Source: Oopsacas minuta | Lineage: Eukaryota > Animalia > Porifera | Assembly: GCA_024704765.1 (NCBI GenBank) | Contig: JAKMXF010000328.1 | Coordinates: 62,001 to 126,000 of the forward strand | Length of the DNA stretch: 64,000 nucleotides | Direction: 5' to 3' | In this document: positions 23,410 through 35,760 of the stretch, one piece after another | How the letters are laid out: each line of letters opens with the position of its first letter | Position numbering within the stretch: the stretch's first letter is position 1 | Position numbers and translations under genes: made by a program | The notes under the pieces: generated by a model | Seen by the model: the letters and a program-made list of their open reading frames with translations, nothing else | Told to the model about the DNA's origin: nothing | Databases searched by the model: none

Positions 23410-26400
23410 CACAGTGGCACGAAATGGTCAGAATGTGGAAATAGGCATTTTGATGGCACATAGGTCCTCAAAATGTATTATTGTCATATAGGTTTTCGAG
23501 CCCAACGAATCGAATGGGATACTCATTTTTTCTCTATCCCTTCAGATGACAAAGTTATGACGTCATTGTCACCTATCTGAGGTGTGAAAATTCCCCAAAT
23601 TTTCTATTAATCGATTGAGAGGTTTACTTTTAATCATCATTATGATCTTCATGATCACGAATAAGGGTGTTCACTAAAATATCTTGGCTACTTCTAAGTC
23701 CTTGGCTAGATGGAGGTCTTGGAATAGAAAACTTGCGATTCATTAACAGCATGGGATCACTGTGAGAAATCAATCGAACAAATACATCCTTTAAATTTTC
23801 TTCAAATGAAAACTTGCGAGCAAGACGATCTCTGTATCTCCGAATATATTTGTTAGAAGCCTCTAGTCCTTCTTCAGATAAGTTCTCTAGCCCATGTCCA
23901 TCATTAAACGTTGAGATGATTTCCGGTGCATGTGCTAACAGTTTGTGTAACGTTGGGGAAACATTAGCCCAAGGAAATGCACAGAGAATTGACTGGTAGA
24001 TATTACTGCAAACAAGCGCTAGTTCTTCTGTATCCACTCTTCTGCTGCTATTATAGACGCGTAGGATTGCTCCTAGGCATGTGTGAATTTCAATTATGTG
24101 GGACTTGAACTCAGACGGGATCACTGTCAAAACCCAGTAGAGGAAATCTTGATCATTGTCATCCTTTCTTATCAAGCATCGTCTTACCACATTACCAGTA
24201 GTCGTTGTGTCACCTTGTGTTGAAGGGATGTCAATAATAATATTGAGATTGTCTTTAATTAAACTTGTAACGAAAGTTTTAGCATCTGAGACTCTCTTAG
24301 AAGTTGGTGACCACTTAAATACTCCTGCGTGCAAATGGCTAATTAGATGTAAAAACCAGCCAAAACATCGGAGATATGCATGCAAAGGCGAACTAGGTAT
24401 GATTTCTAAGTCAGATATTGGTCTGTGTGTAACGTTGAATCTGTTGTCAGAAGATAATGATAGAAACTCCTCTTCGTTAACTTCATCAAATAATACTTTG
24501 AGGTCTGTGATGGATCGATTAATTGGAAAACCGTCTTTTACGATATCCGGATCATGGATTTGTTTGAATGTCGCTGTGCAGAACTGGCAACATGCACCGC
24601 CAGCTCCACTAATAATCTTAGCCATTTTGCCACCCAATTGTGAACGTTGAATTTCAACTTCACAAAATCCGCTTGTTAGTTCTAAACCCTTTTCCGTTAT
24701 CTCTGTGGACTCCTTATTGATTAGTGTATCCATAAGATATCGAATATTGTCTTCGTTCTCCTGTAGAGCTAGTATCGCAACGGGTCTAATTGAGAAAGGA
24801 GAATTTGGTAGAGGGTTTTTCCAAATCAGTTTGTTATCGGTGTCGGATATGGAAATCACCTTAAACCCGAATAAAATAAAACTTTTTGTTGAAATATTGG
24901 GGTGAGTCGCTTGCTGATAAACCCGGTGAGAGCCAGAACCGTCAAGTCCATCTGAAATTCGTATCCTCTTAGGATTGCTGGCGCTGGGAATTGCATTGGC
25001 AGAAGCAGTCAATATTCTGTTTACTGTATGAGTCAGAAGCTTTTTGTAAGATACAAGCAATGCCTACTCGATGTTCTCGATCAACTGAAAAGATGTCATT
25101 AGTCAAGCAAATTTGAGATCGATGGGTAGCTAATCGATTGTAACCTGGAAGCTGGACATCTGAAAGCAATAAACGTCTTAAATCGATGTATTTCTTCTTT
25201 CCAATTTCTAAAGAATCCATCAAGAACGCAGCTTTATCGTAGGTTAGTTTATTGCAGACTGGACCGAAGCTTCCCTTAGCAATAATTTCTTTACAGAACT
25301 TGGTAGTAGTAAAGTCGCATTCAGTCTGTGAACATAGCATCATCAGGTAACAGGATAGTTCTTGACTGGAAACATTCTCTTGTACAGCAACTTTTTCAAG
25401 ATGTGTTAGTAAGGAGGACAATCGGCTGCGAAGACCTTTAGTTGATAATTCCCTCAGAGGCTTACGGGTGGGCTTACTAAAATCTTCTTCGAAAACAGAG
25501 GTTGATTGGCTAGAAGAAACACTCCCTATCACCATGACTTCATCTGAGCATTGATAACCTGTACTCAATCTCGGGTGTTTAAGTGGTGTATGAAAAGGTA
25601 TCGCATTCCAAGTAGTTATATCGGCTCGTTTCAGGTATTCTCTCCTATCTTCTCTGAGGGTCGAAAATTTTCTCCGAACTGTATCATGCTCTGTTTCTTC
25701 CAAATTATTGAGGACAATAAACGAGGACGCGAGAGAAGTGATTGTTTTGTTCTTTTGTGCAGTTAAGAACGTGTATGCATCTTCGTTATTCATAATGAAA
25801 AATGTGCTAATAAACAACCACAACAATTATTTATGATTTATATGGGCCAAAAATTAGATAATTGTGAATGGATTATATTTAAAATCGCAAAAAAAAATAT
25901 CGTTGACACTTCCTGACACCATAATTTAAAGTGTATTTTGTAGAGGACGAAAAGAGCTATTAGGAAAGTGCAATGGAAAGTTCCGCAAGTGAAGGCAAAA
26001 AAAGTACTAGAGTTTTAATGAAACGTGTTTCTATTTATTGCACTTGTACGAACAAGCTTGTTTAAAATGAGAATAGTAAATTCCATCTGTTCATTGGAGC
26101 CAAGATTAACGTGATTTATTATTCAGCAACATAAGATCTTTCGATTGGTATACTATAAATAGCAGTTATTTGACGTGGAGAATCCAAATTATTCAAAATT
26201 ACATCATGACCGAAAATTGAAACCATAAATCAATCTTTCGAATTTCAATTATGCTCTCATTGGAATAGACGTAGGAGTTAAATGGAAAGTCTATTGTAGA
26301 GATGTCAAATGTTTTCCGAGGTTTGTGGGGGTGCTGAATTCAAATATCAACACTATAAAGCAATTTGAGGTTATATTTTTTTCACCTATTTCCACATGCC

Positions 26401-26411
26401 GTGCCACTGTG
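23410..26411 (-). mobile_element. RAG1-like (Transib/RAG1L-type) transposon B, complete, 3002 bp
   Basis: CACAGTG at 23410 and CACTGTG at 26405-26411; 5-bp TSD TTACG (23405-23409, 26412-26416); bipartite TIRs sharing ATGTGGAAATAGG. Confidence 0.95.
23630..25793 (-). pseudogene. RAG1-core-like DDE transposase (element B), ~721 aa if one 2-bp deletion is repaired
   Basis: ORFs 24969-25826 and 23630-25060; RKPLRELSTKGLRSRL (NBD-like), DGLDGSGSH, CQFC, HKLLAH, SEEGLEASNKYIRRYRDRLARK match RAG1 core motifs CDGMGD, CTLC, HKTLAH, SEGNESGNKLFRRFR. Confidence 0.92.
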
Positions 26412-28379
26412 TTACGGTCAAAAATTTCGAATTTGATACTGAAATTCTTTCCTATAATTCGGAGATATGGACGTTTATGGAATTAAATTTTATTCCAAAA
26501 TTCCTACAACTCGCTGAGCTATCAGATTTCAAAATTGAAGTTGGAAGTGAGAGTTGAGGAAGATGGATAAGATTATGCATAAGGTAGGGTCAGTTCAAAC
26601 TGTTGTTTCTTAACCTTTACAAAACTGAATCTAAAGTATTTTTATTGCTAATCGATAGATGAGATGTCAGCGCCTCCAACTATATCGGTATTATCGTGAG
26701 ATACGAAAAATTAGCACTCACAACACCATTCTAAAAATCATTAAATTAACAGATTAAGTGTATTACGAATTTCAACTTTGAAGTCAATTCTCGAAATTAT
26801 TTAGCACCAGAACCGCCTCAACTTTCATATACCTTCCATCGTATTCTATAATTCAATTTCTTAAAGAAAACAGGGGGTCGCTAGTAGATTTCATGACTTT
26901 TCAATCTTTTTGAAAGTATGTATTATTTCTCAATTGATTTAATCATTTCAATACTGTAGCTGCTGTATAGACTATACTTGTTATCTTGTAAGCCTATACA
27001 CAGTGACTGTTTTCTTACACAAAGGAATTATTCAAAGTTCTAGTAAATATGAGCTGAGGGGTGGATTTTATCTTACAATATGTTTGAATATTCAAAATGA
27101 TGTTTCGTATTCAAAATGAAACTGGAGCTGTATTATTATTACAATTGATAAAAGAGATGAGATTTTTGTTGCAATAGAGTTATTCTCGCGTAATACTATA
27201 TTTACACCCACAACGGTGTTCCAAAAATTCTCAGTTTGTCACGTATTGTTTCAAAATTGGATTCCATTTTATATATCTATTATATGGATAATTATAGTCA
27301 GAATTTCTTAAAATCTTATAGCCACCTTCTTTAGTGAATTGGAATTCAATCTTCTAAATAAATTGGGATCGCAGGTGATATTTGTGCCTTTATGTTCTTA
27401 AATAACTTCTACTACGAAAATCGTATTTGTAATCCATGCTCTGTCAAACCAAATGGATATTTTTTTCTTACGAATTGAGTTGTGTACATCATTGCTAGTT
27501 CCAATTTCAAATTTTGACGCTACTTGTTTATTTCCATTTTGGTAGAATACAAAGTACGAAATATGCTTTAGGCAATAACTATATATAAATGCTTCACCAT
27601 TTATTAAATTATTTGAACTTCAGCTCTTCTTTTTCATTTTGAAAAACAAACGCGATCCTACTGTGAATATCATGATTTCTATTGAATGGCTTGCTCGCAT
27701 TGATATGCACTCTCTCTACAAATCCCCCTAATCATTCCGGATCATCATTTGAATTGAAGTCTTTTACATCGACTACATCTAACCTGTTTTCTACTCTATT
27801 GGCTTGTGTTGTCTCTATCCTCCTCATCCTTGAGGGATCGAGATCAATCCAGGACACACCACCCCGACTCAGAGAAATATCACGAATAAGATAATATATA
27901 GTAGATTAATGGTATTCATTTTGTAGCTATACTATTAACTGGATCCTTTGGGGCCAGCCTTACCGATTCTTTTTCTTTTAGAATTACCATTACCCTCCCA
28001 TTCTGGTCACTACTTTTCGTTCTTTCGACGTCATGATCAGCAAGTTATTCGTAAGCTCAAAATTCTAGCACTATTTGGATTCCATTGCAAGGAGGTCTAC
28101 TCTTACAATAGGCTTGACCAAAGACATAAACCATACCTAAAGTGGAAAACAACTCGTGCAGCTTTCAGTCAATTGTGAGAGATTCTTTGACTAGAAATTC
28201 CACTTTGGAATGTTGAGTTAGTCCCATTACCTCAGAGGAACAGGTTCAATTAAGTTTCAGTCTTAATAAGATTCCTAGTAGGCCATCACTTATAACTTCT
28301 GCCATTGTTAAGGATGTAGCTAAAAGCTTAGTTAGCCTTCAGATTCAGTTTCCTCGTTTGGTGAATTCGATTTAACTGA

Positions 28380-28830
28380 TCTTTAATTCGATTTAAAAGA
28401 CGATAATCTTCTTATAGTGTGTGCTTCTTCAGCATCTGATTTAACTTTATATAACGAGTTGAATAGAGAATCCGATTGTGTAACTGATAATGAATTAAGC
28501 GAAAGTCCTAACTTGTTTAATACCACTAAAGCTCAGTTGTGGGTAGACGTTGCGAGGTTTTATGGGTTAAATTGTTCGCATAATGTTTCAGGATGGTTGA
28601 AATTAGCCAGTTATATTGATGAGTGTTTTGAGTTCATTAATATAATTACAGATACGTAATCTAAAAGCTATGTTGGGTATATTCCAATGTTAGTTTTGTG
28701 CTTAGTTCTGACACAGCCTGAAAATAGTTTAGTCTTTCATATGTTCGGAAAGAATTGTGTTTTTGTTGGAGAAATTTTAAGTGCCTTCATTAGTTGGGTT
28801 TAGGAACGGATTAATGAGATTGACACTCAT
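28380..28830 (-). repeat. Decayed dispersed repeat, possibly a non-LTR retrotransposon 3' fragment; related to 48500-48850
   Basis: Shared blocks aagctcagttgtgggtaga, ttagttttgtg(c/g)ttagttct, cattagttgggt at both loci. Confidence 0.4.
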
Positions 28831-28999
28831 TGCATCACCATATTAGAAAATTTATATGCTGAATATCTAGCGAATCGAGTAGACTGTAAAGTTACTGAAC
28901 CTGTTCCTATTCTCCAGTCTTACAGCATTACTTGTAGTGCAGACTCCGAGGAAATACCAAATCAGTTGATAGAAGTCGGCTCAGATATCGACATTAAAA

Positions 29000-30070
29000 C
29001 TTATACAAGTCCTGAGAGTGGATAGTTCTATTTTGAATTTTCTGAGGGCATAGTATTTGTACTACCGATCCTAAAGGTAGAGCGTCCTTGGTAAGCAATC
29101 GAACCAATGTTTTTGCAGACAAATTTCATGACATAAATAGTGCGTGTGTATTACAATTCAGATCTTATTGGTTGCAAAAACTGATAGTCGTGAGGTAAAC
29201 AGCCCTTTCCTACGAGAAAAAGCAGAATGTATATTTGAAAATTGTCGAGTTTACCTCTATTATATAGAGCATGAGATTAGTAGGTTTAATAATCGGGTAG
29301 TTGTCAAATTTTACTCAGAAGGATCTCTCTCACGCCAATATACAGATGGCACCAGCGATTATAGTCGCCATTTATCTTATCGTGGGCGCAGTCATTTGGG
29401 AGGACTATTAGTGAACAATTCAATTAGTAATATATTAAAGAAACAATTCAATACTTCTGATCAAATTGGTGGATTTTGTTATGGAAATTTAACTTATCTA
29501 AAAATCAGCTGATTGTGTAAGGAAAGTGAAATCTGAAATGAAATCACAGGATAGGTGTTCTAATAAATAAATGGAGGCTGTGGCGGCCACCCAGCAATCC
29601 ATTTTGTTTTCTGCTCCCTTATTATCCTATTCCGGATTATGTTCAGTACTTTGTACAAGATCCGTTTATAATTCATATGTACACTGCTGAACTAATCCAG
29701 CTCTTAAATTTATTCAAGAACAGGGTTGTTGTTCAAAATTTAGATGTTACTTGTTTCCTAATTAGCAAACTTCCTTCTTGTTCAAACGAAATATTTATTA
29801 CGCTCTGACAATACAACATGCCCAGTATTCTACCAGTCAGATACCAGTTGCAGAGATGATTAGCAGTGACCATAGCACTGCTGAAATCTCTCATTTCTTA
29901 CACAAATGGTGTTTAAAATTAGTTATTGATAGAGATTTACAAATTAATAAGGTAGAAATGGACTCTTGTTGGGCGATGATACATAATACTTGGTTAGCAT
30001 TGTATAGGAAGTCCGACAAAACGTTCCACGACATTTCGCTCCACTTTTGATTGGCCAATTTTTGTTAATA
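29000..30070 (+). pseudogene. NOF/Foldback-like (Mutator-related) transposase remnant
   Basis: ORF 29778-30050 IPVAEMISSDHSTAEISHFLHKW...VEMDSCWAMI resembles NOF-FB-like proteins from memory; cut by the hAT at 30079. Confidence 0.4.
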
Positions 30071-30078
30071 ATTTAACA

Positions 30079-32251
30079 CAGGGTTTCTTAACCGGGGGTC
30101 CATACCGTGCAAATTAGTTAATATAGATTATAGTTTATCTAGCTCATTATGTCGAAGAAAGGGAAGTACGATGAATCCTATGTATCGTTTGGTTTACATT
30201 ACTGAACGTGATGGGACACAAAAGCCTCAGTGTGTTTTGTGTGGCATCGTTCTTGCAAATGGAAGTATGAAGCCTGCTAAACTTAAGGAGCACCCCACCA
30301 CTGTACATCCTGATTATGCAACTTACGATGTGGATAGTTTTCGTACAAAGAAAGCAAAATTTGAGAAGACTGGGACTTTGCCAAAACTTGGATTTTGTCC
30401 AACACAGAAGCCTTGCCTCGAAGCATCTTACAAAGTTGCTTATCGCATCGCCAGGCAAAAGAAACCTCATACGATTTGTGAAACTTTAATAAAGCCATGT
30501 GCTCTGGACATGGTCGAACTTGTTTGTGGATTGGAGCAAAAGAAGAAAATAGAAGCAGTGCCTTTGTCAAATGATGTCATACATTCCCGAATAGTTGATA
30601 TTTCCTCTAATATTTTGAAACAAATCATTAAGGAACTAGCAGACACACCATTCCCTTTCAGTATGCAACTTGATGAAACTACAGACATCATTCAGTGTAA
30701 CCAGCTACTTGTTTTCGTCCGCTATGCGCAAGCCGAAGCCACCAAAGAAGAGTTTCTATTTTGTGAACCACTTATGCAAACTACAAAGGCCACCGATATT
30801 TTTGAAAAGTCCAAAGCTTCTTTGCTATGCAAAACTTTGATTGGAAGAAAAAGTTGGGTAGTCTGTGTACAGATAGAGCAACTACGATGCTTGGCAATAA
30901 ATCTGGTTTTGCTGCTTTGGTGAAGAAAGAAGCTCTTAATGTAACTGTGACTCACTGTTTCTTACATCGACATGCACTGGCATCAAAAACTCTTCCAATA
31001 TTTCTCAAAGGGGTTTTGTCTACCGTGGTGAAAGTCATCAACTTCATCTGAGCCAGCGCCCTAAATCATCGTATTTTCAAGGAGCTTTGTCAAGAAATGG
31101 GATCAGAATATGAAGTCCTTCTCTATCACACAGAAGTTCGCTGGCTTTCCAGAGGAAAAATCTTGAAGCGTTTGATGGCACTTAGGACAGAAGTTATGTT
31201 TTTCCTGAAAGAAAAAGAGTGCCCACTCTTAGAATATTTTAACAGCGTGGAATTCATTCATGGCTTGGCTTATCTAGCAGACATATTTGGCAATATGAAT
31301 GAGGTAAATCTTTCAATCCAAGGACCCGAAGTCTACATTATGGATGCTGCTGAAAGACTACAAGCTTTGCTGGGCAAGTTGGGCTTATGGAGGAGGAGAC
31401 TCGAGGTAGGCAACTATGCGAACTTTTCAATGCTGGAAGAAGTGCTTCTGCATGATGAAGTCGAGAGGAACAAACCCCTCTCAGCCTCTCTTCAGAATGA
31501 AATGTGCGAACACCTGGATACACTACAGAACTCATTTACAGGTTATTTCTCTTCAGGTGATCTAAAAGTTGAAACATGGATTTGTAATCCCTTTTCAACT
31601 GATGTTAACTCCATTGATGATTCAGACCTTGCCAAAGATGATATTATTGACTTAAGTACAAAGGAAATGTTACATTGTGAGTTCGATTCGAAGAGTCTGG
31701 GAGAGTTTTGGTGTTCATTGACACAAGCCTACCCTCGTCTGGCTAAACGAGCTATGAAAGCTTTGATACCGTTCGCAACCTCTTACCTCTGTGAGTCAGG
31801 ATTTTCAGGACTTGTTAACATAAAAACAAAAAATAGAAATCGATTGGATGTCCAACATGACATGCGTATTGCTTTATCAAATATCATCCCAGAATTTCAT
31901 CTCCTTATTGAAGGAAAACAACAACAGTCTTCACACTGAAAAGTTCTGTCACTTCGAGCAGAAAAGCAGTTTCATGTACTCTGCAAACTTTGCATTCTAT
32001 TTATATGAGAAATATTTTTTCTCGTGATTATCATAACATACTAACTCTGAATTATGCACATTTACTGATATACTAAATTACTAGTAATTCAAAACACCAT
32101 AGTTTTTCTTCAGATTTATCATGCGAGTAAATAATAAAATTGTGTCAACTTAACGCATTATTTAGTTTTGTACAGTTTCTGGATAGGGGTCCATAACTTT
32201 CACCAGATCTTCATAGGGGGTCCGTCACTCCAAAAAGGTTAAGAATCCCTG
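30079..32251 (+). mobile_element. hAT (Buster/Charlie, ZBED5/SCAND3-like) transposon, complete ends, frameshifted
   Basis: TIR CAGGG(T/A)TTCTTAACC; 8-bp TSD ATTTAACA (30071-30078, 32252-32259); BED finger PQCVLCG, QLDETTDI, HCFLHRHAL, EVRWLSRG, SYLCESGFS. Confidence 0.92.
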
Positions 32252-33389
32252 ATTTAACAGGTTTAAATGGCTAAATAATTGAACTAATTTCTTGTCTGAA
32301 TTCGTTTGGTTAATTCTAACTTAAATAAAATTCGTTTGCCAATTGCTGTGCAGAATTTGCTAAATAGATTAACTAAGTAGCTTGTATAGATTCATTTAGA
32401 TTGTGGTCGAAAATATACATAGTTTATTATTAAAGGATAACATATATAATTACGTAGTAGTTATTACAAACTGGTATAGCTTCAAGAGCGGTTGACTAGA
32501 TCTTATTGTATTTGTTTCAAACAATTTTAGCGTCCTGGCGGATTCAGAGGTGCTAAAACCTTTTTTTCTGAGCCCGCTTCTTTGAGCTTCTTTGTCCCGA
32601 TTGAATTCCAAATTTCCAATAGATAATAACATGAATTTATTTCAGAATTACAGACACTCCATAATTCCGACTTCCAGCCATTTATTAGTGCCAAATTTTA
32701 TTGATAACCCCGAAATTACGGCCATTTGCCTGAGTTCAAGGGTGACCATAATTCAGATGTTCCACTGTATATATATATATGTGTGTGTGTGTTCACTTGA
32801 AATTACTTCCTTGTTCATACCTTTGGGTTGTGGAGGGGTTAAGACCAGATTTGGTATGTATACTCGCAATGAAATCTAGATGTGCACGGTTATCGAAGTG
32901 CTGTGCAGCACGCCCTGTGTTGGCTTTGTCCCTGTTGATTAAAAACATTGTTTATTGGTTATATATGTATACCGCCCAACGGCACCACATACGATCCAAC
33001 AAAGCTGCGTCTTGTAATGTGTGCTTTATGTTCGCAATATTATATATAAACTAGCGAGTTTCACTTGCGGTTTACGATCACGCTATTAGGGGAAACCAGG
33101 CCTGACTAAGCCAATGGACAGATGACCAATTAGAAATATTTTAAGTTTATATTGCATTGCTTTTGTCGAGATTACTGAGCCAAAGCTCTTTACAAATCTT
33201 AGTTTCCCAGTTTAAAAAGGACTACTTGTATTATGAATAAGTAACTTGCAAGAAATATAATTAATTAATTAAACTTTTATCTAATAACAAATAGAAGCTA
33301 GAAAACTAAACTATGTTCTACTTGGGTGCAGCTACCACATCTCGACCACTGTCCACTTCAATTGGTAGCTGCACCGTCAGGAATGAGGA

Positions 33390-35760
33390 GGAAGTCAGGA
33401 GAGAGTTAGCAGAGAGGAGATTTGGCACATTGGCATGGATAGAGAGGGAAAGAGAAAGCAACGGTTCGTACGAAGGGAACGGAGTGAAGCGTACGAATGA
33501 GCATCTGCATGTACCTGATGTGCAGACTACGGGCTGCTGTGAGATAAAGGCCGGCATCAAGAGGAAAACACGGGACACACAGGATAGTTCACACCACATA
33601 ATCGGTGAGGGTATGCTAACAGCATCAGAGGGTACTACTGGTAAACTACCTAAGCTGGACAGCCTGAAGCGGACGATACAGCGTCAACGTGCAAGTGTAT
33701 TATCAGTCCTAGTGGAGCCTACCGCCCTATCAGAGTTGGTTCTACCTGCTGAATACCAGTGGACAGCCAAGGGGGAACAGTTCCTACTCTATGACTCTGG
33801 GGAAGACGATGCATATAGATTCCCCATCTTTGGGCCACAACGCAACCTCGGAGTGCTACAGCAAAGCAAGATCTGGCTAGCTGATGGCACCTTCAAGACG
33901 GTGCCTCCCCTCTTCGCCCAGGTGTATGTGGTGCATGGACTCCGCGGAGGAAACGATCCTATGAAGACTGGTCATCTGTTGCCGAGTCTGTTCGTGCTAC
34001 TGCCCAACAAGACAGAGGATACCTACCGTAGGATGTGGGAGCAGATCCGCCTACTCTGTCCTCTTGCCCTGGATGCTCCTGGACTTTGAGAAGGGCGCAA
34101 TTAACAGCTTTGAGCATGTGCGGCCTAACACAGTGGTGAAGTGCTGCTTCTTCCACCTCACACAGAATATCTGGCGCCATGTGCAGTCTGTAGGGCTGCA
34201 GTCTACCTACACACCTGACGAAGAGCTGGCCATGCGCATCCGGAAGATACCAGCCCTTGCATTCGCCTGACCAGCAGACGTACCCGATCTGTTTGAGCAA
34301 GTGTCAATGGACCTCCCCCTTACGTCTGAGATAGGCGAGCTAGTCGACTACTTTGAAAGGACGTATGTCGGTCGCACGCTAGCCATTGGATACCATGTAG
34401 CGCGACGTTCCCCATTGACTTGTGGAACTACCATTTCAGCACGCCCTTCGGACTCCCAAGTACAACCAACGCCGTAGAGGCATGGCACCACAGCTTCAAT
34501 GTCACTGTCGGCTGACATCACCCCACCATATGGAAGTTCCTCCTAGCCCTCAAGCGTGAGCAGGGCCTAGTGGAGGTGCGGCAGACTAACTACCTTGCTG
34601 GGAAGCCGCCAACCAAGCGGAGGAGGTCCGAAGGGCGTGCTAAAATGGTAGTTCCACAAGTCAATGGGGAACGTCGCGCTACATGGTATCCAATGGCTAG
34701 CGTGCGACCGACATACGTCCTTTCAAAGTAGTCGACTAGCTCGCCTATCTCAGACGTAAGGGGGAGGTCCATTGACACTTGCTCAAACAGATCGGGTACG
34801 TCTGCTGGTCAGGCGAATGCAAGGGCTGGTATCTTCCGGATGCGCATGGCCAGCTCTTCGTCAGGTGTGTAGGTAGACTGCAGCCCTACAGACTGCACAT
34901 GGCGCCAGATATTCTGTGTGAGGTGGAAGAAGCAGCACTTCACCACTGTGTTAGGCCGCACATGCTCAAAGCTGTTAATTGCGCCCTTCTCAAAGTCCAG
35001 GAGCATCCAGGGCAAGAGGACAGAGTAGGCGGATCTGCTCCCACATCCTACGGTAGGTATCCTCTGTCTTGTTGGGCAGTAGCACGAACAGACTCGGCAA
35101 CAGATGACCAGTCTTCATAGGATCGTTTCCTCCGCGGAGTCCATGCACCACATACACCTGGGCGAAGAGGGGAGGCACCGTCTTGAAGGTGCCATCAGCT
35201 AGCCAGATCTTGCTTTGCTGTAGCACTCCGAGGTTGCGTTGTGGCCCAAAGATGAGGAATCTATATGCATCGTCTTCCCCAGAGTCATAGAGTAGGAACT
35301 GTTCCCCCTTGGCTGTCCACTGGTATTCAGCAGGTAGAACCAACTCTGATAGGGCGGTAGGCTCCACTAGGACTGATAATGCACTTGCACGTTGACGCTG
35401 TATCGTCCGCTTCAGGCTGTTCAGCTTAGGTAGTTTACCAGTAGTACCCTCTGATGCTGTTAGCATACCCTCACCGATTATGTGGTGTGAACTATCCTGT
35501 GTGTCCCGTGTTTTCCTCTTGATGCCGGCCTTTATCTCACAGCAGCCCGTAGTCTGCACATCAGGTACATGCAGATGCTCATTCGTACGCTTCACTATCT
35601 CCGTTTCCTTCGTATGAACCCTTGATTTACACTCTCCTCTCTGCTTACACTGCCAATGTGTTATTTCTCCAACTCTCCTGTGCGTCAAATATTGGTATCC
35701 TCTTCTAACAGCTTTTGTCCTCCCTTGTTTGTTCTGATCAGCCGGAAGGAGGACTGATCA
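33390..35760. mobile_element. FLYWCH-MULE transposase fragment present as a tail-to-tail inverted duplication
   Basis: 970-bp arms 33483-34452 (+) and 34627-35596 (-), only a few substitutions; WLADGTFK, DFEKGAIN, CFFHLTQNIWR, TTNAVE motifs; FLYWCH HWQCKQRGECKSRVHT on the minus copy. Confidence 0.88.

Noticed and set aside
24156-24650. Long antisense ORFs (24156-24650, 4153-4455, 50590-51042, 14686-15027)
   Set aside because: Shadow frames of transposase genes, no independent motifs.
1-26411. Chapaev + RAG1-like fusion or co-operating module
   Set aside because: The elements have separate termini and TSDs and lie kilobases apart; co-occurrence is explained by TE density.
26999-27005. Extra CACAGTG heptamer downstream of element B
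   Set aside because: No 13-mer, no partner end and no TSD; expected by chance.
33959-35120. Identical 113-aa and 68-aa ORFs on opposite strands as a duplicated gene pair
   Set aside because: They are by-products of the MULE inverted duplication; one is antisense and the other a frameshifted transposase piece.
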